Of a stretch of DNA of 59,156 nucleotides, positions 33,733 to 43,761 are shown one piece after another (position 1 is the first letter of the stretch; the number at the start of each line of letters is the position of its first letter). Source of the stretch: a virus; IMG/VR virus record IMGVR_UViG_3300045988_148442, positions 1 through 59,156 of that record; one strand, written 5' to 3'. Position numbers and translations under genes: made by a program. The notes below the pieces were generated by a model that did not search any database, was not told the origin of the DNA, and saw nothing but the letters and a program-made list of their open reading frames with translations.

Positions 33733-33761
33733 ATTATAATACTTTTGTATAACAATTTCAA
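33733..33761 (-). promoter_or_regulatory. Promoter cassette copy C (TTGAAA-17-TATAAT plus conserved leader)
   Basis: Minus strand taccgaTTGAAAttgttatacaaaagtatTATAATataatcacaaaataaagaaagaggt. Confidence 0.6.
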
Positions 33762-33867
33762 TCGGTAAAATAACCAAACTTGATATAATATTTTTGTATA
33801 TTATTATACAAATGTGATATAATAAAAATAGAAAGTAGTTATGTTATAATTTGAAAGGGTGATAACT

Positions 33868-34125
33868 ATGGAATATAAAGAAATTTTGAATTACGCAATT
33901 AAAGGTTTAGGATATGAATTAGAAAAGGTTGATAAATCATTAAGGAGAGGGCGTAAACTGATTGAACAATACAATAGAGGTGAAACACTCAAAACTGATT
34001 TAACAATTTATGAGATTAAAGAGGTTTGCAGTAAGAAAGTTGCTGAAATTGAATTACTTGAAAAGAAAAGAAATGAGTTGTTATGGAATTTAGCGGAATT
34101 AGAAGATAATGAGCAAAAAAAATAA
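33868..34125 (+). CDS. Moron-like helical protein, the only plus-strand gene outside the lysogeny block
   Basis: AAAGGGTGA lies upstream of ATG 33868. The gene has its own upstream AT-rich promoter-like region and a terminator immediately downstream. Confidence 0.6.
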   Translation: MEYKEILNYAIKGLGYELEKVDKSLRRGRKLIEQYNRGETLKTDLTIYEIKEVCSKKVAEIELLEKKRNELLWNLAELEDNEQKK

Positions 34126-34149
34126 AGGGAGGTCAATTAAGACCTCCCT
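34126..34149. terminator. Bidirectional intrinsic terminator
   Basis: AGGGAGGUC-aauuaa-GACCUCCCU flanked by an A8 run on the left and UGUUUUGUU on the right. It lies between convergent genes. Confidence 0.8.
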
Positions 34150-34156
34150 TGTTTTG

Positions 34157-34423
34157 TTATTTATTGGATAATTGCTTGTAAATCTGATTTATTCCTGTTG
34201 CTGATAGACCGCTTACAATGCCTATTGCTATCGCCATAAGATAATCATTAGCAGGAAAATCAGGGACAATAAACATTGCTACTACTCCGAGAATACCACC
34301 TACAACTCCGCTGATAATAGGTATATACTTGTTATCAAGCGGTGTTGTTTTAATTCCTTGTGAAATAAGATAACAAATAATAATAATACTGGGTATTGTT
34401 GCAATTCCGAAAATATTTTCCAT
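34157..34423 (-). CDS. Holin (small protein with 2-3 TM helices)
   Basis: 88 aa with hydrophobic helices (IPSIIIICYLI, IISGVVGGILGVVAMFIV, AIAIGIVSGL) and a polar C-terminus. It follows the XhlA-like gene. Confidence 0.75.
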   Translation of the reverse strand: MENIFGIATIPSIIIICYLISQGIKTTPLDNKYIPIISGVVGGILGVVAMFIVPDFPANDYLMAIAIGIVSGLSATGINQIYKQLSNK

Positions 34424-34439
34424 AATAAAATCCTCCTAA

Positions 34440-34754
34440 TTATCTTAATATCATTCCAAGAACAGCCCCTATAATAGCACCGATAATGCCTGTAATAATA
34501 CAACCTATAACTGCTCTTTTATAGTATTTATAGTTGTCTAAAGGTTCGTGTTCAAGTCTTTCAAGGCGTTCCCCTTGCTTTTGCTGTTCTTTTACCATAT
34601 ATTCCATATTTACGCCGAGTGTCTTAACAGATGTTGTTAATTCTATTAGTGTTTTATCTGACTTTTCTCGTTCGTCCATACGGTGTTTAAGGCTTTTAAT
34701 TTCTTGTTCGTGATTTTCAAATTGTACTGCAATCTGTTCAGGTGTCACATTCAT
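34440..34754 (-). CDS. xhlA: XhlA-like lysis-associated membrane protein
   Basis: Coiled-coil N-terminus and a single C-terminal TM segment (VIGCIITGIIGAIIGAVLGMIL). It occupies the same position as in the PBSX xhlA-xhlB arrangement. Confidence 0.65.
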   Translation of the reverse strand: MNVTPEQIAVQFENHEQEIKSLKHRMDEREKSDKTLIELTTSVKTLGVNMEYMVKEQQKQGERLERLEHEPLDNYKYYKRAVIGCIITGIIGAIIGAVLGMILR

Positions 34755-34766
34755 TATCCTCCTACA

Positions 34767-37700
34767 TTAATATTCCATAACAGCACGAAGAACAACGTCA
34801 TTTCGTTCGTCCTTATCGTTGTTAAACGAGCCTTTAATACAATCATCGTGAATATAAATACTCTTGATTATACGGCGTTCAGTATCAACATCATTGACAT
34901 CACTACCAATATATCGGGGAATATCACAATAAAACGCTTTTCCGCCCCAATTACCGCCTGTCGGGTTTTTCTTCGGTATCATTGTAGTAACAAAGTCACT
35001 ATCATTTGCTGTTGATGTGTCTTTGTCATAATCAGACCAAAGCAAAAGCCAACCGTTACGACATTCTGATAATTTCTTTGACGGTGTGACTGTCTGCGGT
35101 GTGCTGTTAGGACTTGACATATACAATTTGCCAGTCCAAAGTGGTGCAGGTGAAGCGTCAAATATGCACTTCCAACCTTTCCAAGTTCCGTTATCTACAT
35201 ATCCAGTATATACACTGCCGTATGCACCAAAAGCCATTACCCAACCATAATTAGCAGAGCCTGTTTTATGTACCATAAAACGCCAACTTTCGGTTGTTTT
35301 TGGATTGTTTGTAGTTCCACTTTTTGCATAAGCTGTATGAAATCCCGAACCGAGAGCCTTAATTTTTGCAACAACATCTTGGTCTGTCCAACTTACCTCA
35401 ACATCTCCGTCATTTGCTGTCATTTGCAATGATTTGGCAATATAAGCACTATTATGATTGTGTCCGCTTGCCGCCTTGCCATTAAGCTGTGTTTGGATAT
35501 TTGAGGTTACACCGTCAACATAATTCAATTCTGCTGTTGTAGCGGTTACTCCGTCCATTTTATTAAGTTCTGCCGCTGTTGCTGTAACTCCCAAATTTGT
35601 AAGAGCCGCCGCCGCTGTTGTTGCTCCTGTACCGCCTTTTGTAATAGGCAATGTACCACTAATATCTGAAACATTATGTGTATGACTTGTTGACGCTTTT
35701 CCTGCAAGAGCAGTGTTAATAACTTTATTCTGCACTGGGTTTGTGCTTGTTGAGCTTAAAGCTGTATCTACAATAGTTTTATTCGCTCCTGTTGATATTC
35801 CGTCAAGTTTTGTTTTGTCACTTGCTGTCATAAATCCATTTGCAGATGTTGTTACTGCACTATGAGAATGTGATGTATTTGCCTTTCCGCTTAATGCACT
35901 TTCTAACCCTGTAATTTCGCTCTGTGCGTGAGTATGCGCTGTCGGTGTCATACTTGTAGGCGTATCTGATAAATCGTTATAACTGCCACTTGTAGCCACG
36001 TCAGAAAGCCCCGTTATCATTGATACGGGGTGTGTTGTTGGGTGTGTATAATTGTTAGCACCTGTCGCAATTCCGTCAAGTTTAGACTTGTCTGTTGAAC
36101 TCATCAAACCTGCTGTACTTGTAGTTGCTACACTGTATGTAGTGTTTGTTGACGGTATTCCTAAATCTGTAATATCAGATTTTGAAACTGCCGTTGCTCC
36201 ACTTATATGTCCTGTTCCGTCAACAGTGATTTTATAAAGTCCTGCCGTTTTTGCCGTATATGTAGGGTGAGTATAAGCGTTTGCCCCTGTTGCTATTCCT
36301 GCAAGTTTATTTTTCTCTGCGGTTGTATAATCATTTGTTGATAGTGATTTACCGTCAACTTTATCAACCTTGCCCGATAATGCAGAATTTACAGCTTTAT
36401 TTTGCACTGGATTTGTACTTGTTGTACTCAAAACGCTGTCAATCGTTGTTTTTGTAGCTCCTGTTGCAATACCACTTAACTTTGTACGTTCTGCCGCCGT
36501 CATTTTAACATAGCCTGTTGTGTCTGATATTTCATCAAGAGTATGCGTATGACTCGCATTTGATTTTCCGTCAACAGTATCAGAAAGGTCGTTTAAATCG
36601 CTTACAAGAGCATAATTGCTGTGTGTGTGATTTGTATTAGCCTTGCCCGATAAAGCCGTTGTAAGACCTGTTATGTCGCTTTGTGCGTGTGTGTGAGTTA
36701 CGTTTGCTTTTCCGTCAACTGTATCTGATAGAGTTTCAAAGTCCGTGTTGGTAACATAATCACTATGAGTATGATTTACATTTGCTTTGTTAGACAATGC
36801 AGTTTCTAATCCTGTAATATCACTTTGCGAATGTGTATGGGTAGCATTTGCTTTTCTATTTACTGTATCTGTTAAATCCTCAACATCTGTTGCAAGTGCA
36901 TAATCACTATGTGTATGTGTTGCGTCAGCTTTACCGCTCAACGCTGTTGAAAGTCCTGTTATATCACTTTGTGAGTGAATATGAGAAACATTTGCCTTGC
37001 CGTTTACAGTTGTTTCAAGTGTTGTTAAATCCTCATTAGTTGCATAATCACTATGCGTATGTGTTGCCGTTGCAAAATCTGTAGCGTGTTTACCGTCAAC
37101 TGTATCTGCGTTACCACCGCTTGCAGGTAGCGTTGTAGGAATAGTAGGCTTGTCGCTTAAATCGTTGTAACTTCCGCTTGTTGCTACATCTGCAAGTCCT
37201 GTTATCATATCTGCTGAATGACTTGCAGGGTGAACATAATTATTTGCCCCTGTTGCAACTCCGTTCAACTTTGCCTTATCTTCTTTGCTCATAAAGCCGT
37301 CTGCTGTTTCTGTTGCTGTTGCGTGAATATGTGTAGTATCAGATTTTCCCGATAAAGCGGTTGTCATAGCGTCCGTTGTTGCATATTGACTATGCGTGTG
37401 TACGCTGTCAGCCTTGCCACTCAATCCCTCACTCAATGCCGTATTAGTTGCATATTCAGCGTGGGTATGATTTATAGGTGCGTAAACGGTATCGTGATTA
37501 TGCGTTGTGTCAGATTTACCGCTTAAAGCCGTGTTTACATCTGCTGTGGTAGCATACTGACTATGCGTGTGTTCTGCGTCTGCTTTTCCTGTTTCAAGGT
37601 TTGCAATATCTGTTTCTATTGCTCCTAAATCCTGTTCCAAATCGTGATTTACATCAGATTTTCTGTAAATCTCATAAGTGCTATACACTGGAGTATATGT

Positions 37701-37916
37701 AATATCATTTGTTGAGTTATTTAATGACATTACGCTTGCTTGCTGTGTATTAGCTTGTTCCACAAACTCACCGTTTACATAATACTTGCCTATAATGTCA
37801 TTAGTACAACTATCTGCAATTAATATCCAACTGGGTGGAGGATTAGCAAGTGCTTGTGACACTTCCTTTATCCTTTCTACCATTCCAAAATTGTTTAAAA
37901 TTGCATACCTTAACAT
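34767..37916 (-). CDS. Tail fibre protein with many H-x-H tail-fibre repeats
   Basis: 1049 aa with more than 10 copies of ..SGKA(D/N)..HTHS..DITGL... and repeated GIATGAN(N/A)YTHP blocks. Confidence 0.8.
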   Translation of the reverse strand: MLRYAILNNFGMVERIKEVSQALANPPPSWILIADSCTNDIIGKYYVNGEFVEQANTQQASVMSLNNSTNDITYTPVYSTYEIYRKSDVNHDLEQDLGAIETDIANLETGKADAEHTHSQYATTADVNTALSGKSDTTHNHDTVYAPINHTHAEYATNTALSEGLSGKADSVHTHSQYATTDAMTTALSGKSDTTHIHATATETADGFMSKEDKAKLNGVATGANNYVHPASHSADMITGLADVATSGSYNDLSDKPTIPTTLPASGGNADTVDGKHATDFATATHTHSDYATNEDLTTLETTVNGKANVSHIHSQSDITGLSTALSGKADATHTHSDYALATDVEDLTDTVNRKANATHTHSQSDITGLETALSNKANVNHTHSDYVTNTDFETLSDTVDGKANVTHTHAQSDITGLTTALSGKANTNHTHSNYALVSDLNDLSDTVDGKSNASHTHTLDEISDTTGYVKMTAAERTKLSGIATGATKTTIDSVLSTTSTNPVQNKAVNSALSGKVDKVDGKSLSTNDYTTAEKNKLAGIATGANAYTHPTYTAKTAGLYKITVDGTGHISGATAVSKSDITDLGIPSTNTTYSVATTSTAGLMSSTDKSKLDGIATGANNYTHPTTHPVSMITGLSDVATSGSYNDLSDTPTSMTPTAHTHAQSEITGLESALSGKANTSHSHSAVTTSANGFMTASDKTKLDGISTGANKTIVDTALSSTSTNPVQNKVINTALAGKASTSHTHNVSDISGTLPITKGGTGATTAAAALTNLGVTATAAELNKMDGVTATTAELNYVDGVTSNIQTQLNGKAASGHNHNSAYIAKSLQMTANDGDVEVSWTDQDVVAKIKALGSGFHTAYAKSGTTNNPKTTESWRFMVHKTGSANYGWVMAFGAYGSVYTGYVDNGTWKGWKCIFDASPAPLWTGKLYMSSPNSTPQTVTPSKKLSECRNGWLLLWSDYDKDTSTANDSDFVTTMIPKKNPTGGNWGGKAFYCDIPRYIGSDVNDVDTERRIIKSIYIHDDCIKGSFNNDKDERNDVVLRAVMEY

Positions 37917-37928
37917 ATTAAATCCTCC

Positions 37929-38384
37929 TTATTTATAGATAATATAGTAATATGTTGTGTCTGTTTCATTCATTGCAATACTTGCACTACTTCCACTAAA
38001 TGATAAACCGCTATTAGTCCAAGTTGCCGTTACCGTCTGTGTATTTGTTGATGATTTTATTTGTGCTGAATAAGGTGCTCCTTGTATCAAATGCAACGGT
38101 GTACAGTTTGTATCTGCGTTTTGTAATATCTCAACTTTTTTAGGCTTATATCCAAGTGACGCAAAAGCTAAATTTGTTGTTTCACCTGTACCTCTATATG
38201 TTCCTACTGTTGGAGTTGCATACCCTTGTAACTCTGTTATACATTTTGATATTTGAGTAAACAGCCAATTAAAATATTCAGCAGGCGGTTTATATCCCTC
38301 AAGAAATCCCGACTTTTTTAAACTGTCGGGCGGCTCTATTCCAGTTGCTTGCCAGTTAGGACTTGTATTGTTCCAATTCGCCAT
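37929..38384 (-). CDS. Tail fibre-associated / short fibre protein
   Basis: ATG 38384 sits behind GGAGGAG. The N-terminus MANWNNTSPNWQATGIEPPD...YKPPAEYFNWLF is typical of Firmicute phage fibre N-termini. Confidence 0.5.
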   Translation of the reverse strand: MANWNNTSPNWQATGIEPPDSLKKSGFLEGYKPPAEYFNWLFTQISKCITELQGYATPTVGTYRGTGETTNLAFASLGYKPKKVEILQNADTNCTPLHLIQGAPYSAQIKSSTNTQTVTATWTNSGLSFSGSSASIAMNETDTTYYYIIYK

Positions 38385-38411
38385 AATTTTTATCTCCTCC
38401 AAAATAATTTT

Positions 38412-40736
38412 TTATATTCCACGATACATAGTAAGGTTGCCACCTTGATACTCTGTACCTACAAATGTTCTGCCGTCCTCGGTTGATAAAACACTGCATA
38501 CTTTAGTTGCTCCTGTATCAAGATTGCCTAAAAACTTCGGCTCGGCAGGGTTAGCCAAAGACCAAACCGATACGCCTTTATCGAACATATCCATAACAAG
38601 ATGATTTTTTGTGACAGCTATGCTTTGAGGTGACGGCTCACCGCCTGAATTAATCGTCCTGCTTTCGTCAGGGATTTTATAAAAATTAACCTTTACCCTG
38701 TTTATATCCGACACGTCGACTACTGCTACACCCTGCATTGTGTTTTCGAAATCAGTAGAATATTTTACAGTTTCGCTGTCAGGAAACGGAGCTACCGTAC
38801 AGTAGATATACGGATACCTACATACTAATCCCATTGTATGCAGATAGGCTGTATTTCCGTGTTGCCATAACTCCCTTAAATCACCTGAATAAACACAGAT
38901 AGGATAAGTCGGGTCATTTAAATTATAAATTTTAAGTAAGTGACGGTCATAACCTGTAATCGCAAGAAAAACCATTGTTCCGTCCGTATAAAAAGCAGGC
39001 TGTTGAAACTCTGTGTTATCTATAGTTGACTGCGCTCTGTTATCACACTTATACAATGGTTTAACTTTATCATCAATAACGGGATTTTCTGATATATCAT
39101 ATAAAAGCCAACCGCCAAGCTGTTGAGTAACGCATAGATATTTATTGTTGTACGTTGCCGCATTATGCGATTTTCCGTAATACCTTGTACCTCTTCCGTC
39201 ACCGGGGTCATAAGGTTCACGAGGATATGCTATTGTACTGGATACAGAAAAATTAGACAGATTGATTGTGTCAAGATAACCGCCTACATCTTCATCTTCA
39301 AACGATGTTCTTGTTCCTCCCTGCGTGTCACGATAAGGAACATACAAGTAGCCGTTTCCTGCCGCCATACCTCTCGGATATGTTTTAGGGTGACCGCCGA
39401 TTGTTTCAATATTTTTTGGGTCAGTTTCAATGCCAATGTCACATTTCGTTACAGCTCTATTCGTTGCGTGACAATTATATAAATATCGTCCGTCAACATA
39501 TAAAGCTCTTGTGTTATCGGCATCAGGTAACAACATACATTTCGGCAAAGTATTAACAATCTCTTGCATATTATTTTTTGTTTCACAATCTACATCAGCC
39601 TTTGTGTAAACATTTTCTTTATCAGCTTTTTCAGTTAATAAGGTATCTACTTCCTCACTTGTATAAGCGTCTGTAATTCCGTAGCCTGCAAGGGTTGTTG
39701 CTTTGTCAGCTTTTTCGTTATATAATCTTGCAAGCGAAACTAATTTATAGTATTCAGAGTATGGATTTTCGCCTTTTGCTATTTTTACATCATCATAATC
39801 ACTCTCAAGTACAGCTTCCTTATTTTCGCATACAATTTCTTTAAGGTTAGCTGTATCTAATGCGCCGTTTTCAACATAGGTAACTGTTTTGCCAAACCAC
39901 GCAGAATATCCTTTTGACAAATCATTACTATTGTAAAGCTTAAACGATGTAGATGTTATACGTGTATCTCTTGTATAGTCGATTATTCGTCCGAAAGAGT
40001 CACGTAAAAACGAAAAGTTTTTAGTGCCGAGTTTAGTTAATAATTCATCGACTTTCTCACTTGTGTATGCGTCTGTAATTCCGTAGCCTCCAAGTGTTGT
40101 TGCTTTATCGGGCTTGCTTGATAATTTAGTATCAACTTCGGATTTTGTGTAGCTTGTTTCTTTGTCGGCTTTATTGTTTATTGATGTTTTAACTTCGTCT
40201 GCAAGTTTATCATTTGTTACTGCTTTACTTGCAATATTGTTAGTTTTGACTGTTCCTGATACATTATCAATCTTTGTAGATAAAGCATTATCAATCTCGC
40301 TTTTATCGTATGTTGTTGACTTGTCAGCCTTTGTCGCAAGAGCATTAGACAAATCAGTATCATTTACTACAGCGGACCACTCCGACCAATCCGACCATTC
40401 ATCAAGGTCATTTTTTCTTGACGATACCCTAAACTGTATTTTTCCGTCCTGTGCAAAAAGATACTGTGCTTTTTTGTATGTTTGATTAATACAAATTAAA
40501 TTATGATAGCCCTTTGAAACACTACCGTCATTAATGTATACACGATAAAGCGTTTTATCGTCTGTGCAATCATCAATGTTATTTTTAAGTGCAAACTTGA
40601 GTCCAACAGTATTATCAACCTTTCCTGATATTGCTGTATCAATCTTATCCCAATTATCGTTTAAATGTAGTTTTAAATCGAAATTGTCCTGCAATTCAGG
40701 TTTTACTAAACTTAAATTTGGTGTATTCGTTGCCAT
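38412..40736 (-). CDS. Tail fibre / receptor-binding protein
   Basis: 774 aa. It begins NLSLVKPELQDNFD, carries a duplicated KATTL(G/A)GYGITDAYTSE(K/E)VD block, and has a large globular C-terminal half. Confidence 0.7.
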   Translation of the reverse strand: MATNTPNLSLVKPELQDNFDLKLHLNDNWDKIDTAISGKVDNTVGLKFALKNNIDDCTDDKTLYRVYINDGSVSKGYHNLICINQTYKKAQYLFAQDGKIQFRVSSRKNDLDEWSDWSEWSAVVNDTDLSNALATKADKSTTYDKSEIDNALSTKIDNVSGTVKTNNIASKAVTNDKLADEVKTSINNKADKETSYTKSEVDTKLSSKPDKATTLGGYGITDAYTSEKVDELLTKLGTKNFSFLRDSFGRIIDYTRDTRITSTSFKLYNSNDLSKGYSAWFGKTVTYVENGALDTANLKEIVCENKEAVLESDYDDVKIAKGENPYSEYYKLVSLARLYNEKADKATTLAGYGITDAYTSEEVDTLLTEKADKENVYTKADVDCETKNNMQEIVNTLPKCMLLPDADNTRALYVDGRYLYNCHATNRAVTKCDIGIETDPKNIETIGGHPKTYPRGMAAGNGYLYVPYRDTQGGTRTSFEDEDVGGYLDTINLSNFSVSSTIAYPREPYDPGDGRGTRYYGKSHNAATYNNKYLCVTQQLGGWLLYDISENPVIDDKVKPLYKCDNRAQSTIDNTEFQQPAFYTDGTMVFLAITGYDRHLLKIYNLNDPTYPICVYSGDLRELWQHGNTAYLHTMGLVCRYPYIYCTVAPFPDSETVKYSTDFENTMQGVAVVDVSDINRVKVNFYKIPDESRTINSGGEPSPQSIAVTKNHLVMDMFDKGVSVWSLANPAEPKFLGNLDTGATKVCSVLSTEDGRTFVGTEYQGGNLTMYRGI

Positions 40737-40737
40737 A

Positions 40738-41397
40738 TTAACCTCCTTGTTTTAATAGACCGAGAAAGCCACCTATTGTTTGTTCTATGTTTCCAAATCC
40801 TTTGTCTTTGTCGTATTCACAAACATATGTTTCAACAACTTCATACGTTATTTTCTGAAATTCATTATAAGTCAGCGTGCTTAAAATGTTATAAGTCATA
40901 CCTTGTGAAATTCCGCCAAATTCAAATGTTCCTGTTAATTCAATATCAGATAAAGTAACCGTTATAGGTAATAATCTACTAATCATTGATAAAATATAAT
41001 CAACAGTAAAATTTTTAGCCAATGGCACTTTTACATTAACTTTATTTACCCTAACATCATCAATTGAAATATCAGACAACGAACAATTAAACGTTTGTGA
41101 TAAATAATATAAAACACTGTTAGTATCACTTTGACATAGATTTTCGCCTATTTTATTTTTTATGGAAACTCTGTATTGTTCGTCTGTCATTCTTCCTCGC
41201 AATACTTGTAACATATTTCCATATAAATCAAGAGTTTTTCCATACGCTTGTTCTAAATCAAGCGTATTTAGAACATCTTGCATATCATTAAAAAAGGTTT
41301 CTGCTGAAAGTTCATTAAGCCGTAATAATTTATAATTATTTCCGTCTTTTCCTTTGTAATAAGCGTCGGGAAGTTTTTTTATGTTTTTTTCATACAT
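40738..41397 (-). CDS. Baseplate/tail protein, XkdU / gpI-like (DUF2313-like)
   Basis: KKLPDAYYKG...NYKLLRL...GKTLDLYGNMLQVLRG...DEQYR. It follows the baseplate J gene. Confidence 0.55.
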   Translation of the reverse strand: MYEKNIKKLPDAYYKGKDGNNYKLLRLNELSAETFFNDMQDVLNTLDLEQAYGKTLDLYGNMLQVLRGRMTDEQYRVSIKNKIGENLCQSDTNSVLYYLSQTFNCSLSDISIDDVRVNKVNVKVPLAKNFTVDYILSMISRLLPITVTLSDIELTGTFEFGGISQGMTYNILSTLTYNEFQKITYEVVETYVCEYDKDKGFGNIEQTIGGFLGLLKQGG

Positions 41398-41416
41398 ATA
41401 TCATTATCCTCCGATT

Positions 41417-42577
41417 TTACTTTTTCGCCATTACAACAGTAATTCTATCGGCACTTGTTCTTGCAACTTCGTTGTCAGCAATTTCAATGTTTGCAGTCCC
41501 GTATGCAGTTTCTCTTGTTAAATTAAAACTTTCAACTCCGTCTATTCCGTCTAATTCAAAGCAACCCCAATATTTAGATATGTAAACATCATCACCTATT
41601 CCCAATGAATTAGTACGGGCAATAATATTTTCTTTAATTTTTTGTTCGGTATCAGTTGAATAATTATGACCATTAACTCTAACATAAAAATAGATATAAA
41701 CAACGGCAACATCACTAAATTTAATATTATGTTCCTCTCCTGCGTCATCTATTACAGACAATGAGTTTGTTCCGCTTGTTGATATGCCTACGGGCTTTTT
41801 GCTGAATATTGCTTCTGCAATTGACTGTTTTGTGTTACTTGTTCCGTCATAAGCTACAACACATTCAAAACTATAAGGCGAGCAATTTCCAACAGTTGAA
41901 GATGTAGCATTTTCTTTTATTACACAATCATATACACCTGCAACACACATAACCGCACTTTTAATAGAATTTAATGTACCACTTCCCGAACCCGAAACAG
42001 CTATACTAAATCTTTCTCTTAAATCTGTATCACTTTCAATATCTTTTCCAACTATTGTTAATTCTACTACAGTTATGCTATTAACATCAGCAGACGGATT
42101 TACAATAGTGTTTATTAATTCGGGTGATATATTACCTATAGTTCCTGCTTCGTTACACTCTACATAAGCAACTACAGTGCCGTCACTACCTATTGTGTAA
42201 TCATCAATTAAATGGTACACAATACTTTGATTTTCTGTTGATATTTCAAACCCTGCTGGTATTACAGCCCCTTTTGTACCTTTAATTGTTATTTTAAATC
42301 TTGCAAAAGTTGCCGCATTTCTGCTAATTCCTGCAAACGTGCAAAGACGGTCAAGACTAACACCTCTTGCTGTTCTCGGAAATCTTGAATAATAAACACC
42401 CTCTAAAGTTTGATAGAGGGTGTCAATATCTGATGTATTTATTCTTATAAATTTTCCTAAAGCAGATAATTCAGATGTATCAATATTTTCACCAAAAAGC
42501 TCTTTTGCACGGTCAATTTGATTATCTAAAATATCATCAAATGTTGGGCGTTCAAATCCCAACTCTGTAAGTGCCAT
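41417..42577 (-). CDS. Baseplate J-like protein (XkdT-like)
   Basis: ARGVSLDRLCTFAGISRNAATFA...ECNEAGTIGN...GKDIESDTDLRERF. Confidence 0.8.
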   Translation of the reverse strand: MALTELGFERPTFDDILDNQIDRAKELFGENIDTSELSALGKFIRINTSDIDTLYQTLEGVYYSRFPRTARGVSLDRLCTFAGISRNAATFARFKITIKGTKGAVIPAGFEISTENQSIVYHLIDDYTIGSDGTVVAYVECNEAGTIGNISPELINTIVNPSADVNSITVVELTIVGKDIESDTDLRERFSIAVSGSGSGTLNSIKSAVMCVAGVYDCVIKENATSSTVGNCSPYSFECVVAYDGTSNTKQSIAEAIFSKKPVGISTSGTNSLSVIDDAGEEHNIKFSDVAVVYIYFYVRVNGHNYSTDTEQKIKENIIARTNSLGIGDDVYISKYWGCFELDGIDGVESFNLTRETAYGTANIEIADNEVARTSADRITVVMAKK

Positions 42578-42588
42578 AAAATCACCTC

Positions 42589-42930
42589 TTATAATGTAAC
42601 TTCTATTTCTTCGCCGTTTTCATTTCGAGCGGTGAAATTAATTGTTAATTTACGATTATTGTATGTATGTTCAAATGTTAATAACTCAAATGTATTATCT
42701 ACTTGCAACAATGCATTTTTGACATTATCCTCTATTTGGTCGTAATTTGGGTTTTTGCATAGCATACTATATAAATCAATTCCCTCATCTTCATTTAACC
42801 ACCATTCGCCCAAATTAGTTTTTAAAATTTGTCGTACAGTTTGAGCAATTAGCTCATTGTTATTAGTCAACTCAATATCTGTATCATTAACAATTACGTC
42901 ACCATTTTCATCAATTTTAAATCCGTCCAT
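42589..42930 (-). CDS. Baseplate wedge protein, gp25/W / XkdS-like
   Basis: 113 aa with ELIAQTVRQILKTNLGEWWLNEDEGIDL. It lies immediately upstream of baseplate J. Confidence 0.6.
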   Translation of the reverse strand: MDGFKIDENGDVIVNDTDIELTNNNELIAQTVRQILKTNLGEWWLNEDEGIDLYSMLCKNPNYDQIEDNVKNALLQVDNTFELLTFEHTYNNRKLTINFTARNENGEEIEVTL

Positions 42931-42934
42931 AGTA

Positions 42935-43750
42935 TCACCCTGTACTACCTATTTTATAAAAGTTAAAATAAACGGGGTCGCTTAAAATAGTTTTTCCGTC
43001 AACAATTACATAATAATATGCTTTCATAACATACATCTGATATGTTGGTGTATTAGTAAAGTAAACAGCATAATAAAGTCTGTTCATATTATTATAGTTT
43101 GTATTTGTTGCTCTGAAATTGTACAACTTACGTTTATCAGTAGTATCATCATTATAACTATAGTTAGTTACTTTGCCGTTTTCTGTAGTTGTTGCTGTTT
43201 TAACCTGTTCAATATCACTTTCATAAGTAATTTTAGAATAATCAGTATTCACAGTTCCATCTTCATTTGTCCCAAGAACCTTATATTGACCAAGTTCTAT
43301 GATAAGACCTGTCTGATATTTGTTTCCGCTTGTATCATCACGAATTAAATTTCTTTCATTTGTTGCATACTGCAAGCTAAAATAAGTCCATAACTTATCA
43401 CTATCTGTTGTTTTTTCCCTCTTATAAGTAGGATAACCTATCAATGCAAACTCTTTTACATCAGAGCCATAAACCGCTTTAATGATACAATCACAATTAA
43501 TAAGCATTGTAAAATCTTTATAAAAACTAACACTAATAATTCTGTTAGTTTTTAATTCTGTAACTATCCAATAGCTAAAGTCTTTACCATTGTAACTGTT
43601 ATCTGCTGTGTAAAATTTTGAGTTATTATCTTTTACATAATCATTTCCTTTAATATATAATTGTATTGCAGTTTTAGGATTAGGCATTATCGTAACACTA
43701 TTATAACCATTATAATTTATTACAACATTTACTTTGCAATCTAAACTCAT
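42935..43750 (-). CDS. Hypothetical structural protein (Tyr/Asn/Thr-rich)
   Basis: 271-aa ORF inside the baseplate module. Confidence 0.5.
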   Translation of the reverse strand: MSLDCKVNVVINYNGYNSVTIMPNPKTAIQLYIKGNDYVKDNNSKFYTADNSYNGKDFSYWIVTELKTNRIISVSFYKDFTMLINCDCIIKAVYGSDVKEFALIGYPTYKREKTTDSDKLWTYFSLQYATNERNLIRDDTSGNKYQTGLIIELGQYKVLGTNEDGTVNTDYSKITYESDIEQVKTATTTENGKVTNYSYNDDTTDKRKLYNFRATNTNYNNMNRLYYAVYFTNTPTYQMYVMKAYYYVIVDGKTILSDPVYFNFYKIGSTG

Positions 43751-43761
43751 TTTATATCTCC

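Noticed and set aside
34300-34503. 67-aa minus-strand ORF spanning the holin/XhlA junction, together with many other track ORFs antisense to or overlapping long genes (for example 4983-5360, 6509-6907, 17653-18084, 39165-39482, 55377-55763, 57072-57452)
   Set aside because: These are out-of-frame or antisense overlaps with well-supported genes. They have biased low-complexity translations and no SD sites, which is typical spurious ORF behaviour in AT-rich DNA.
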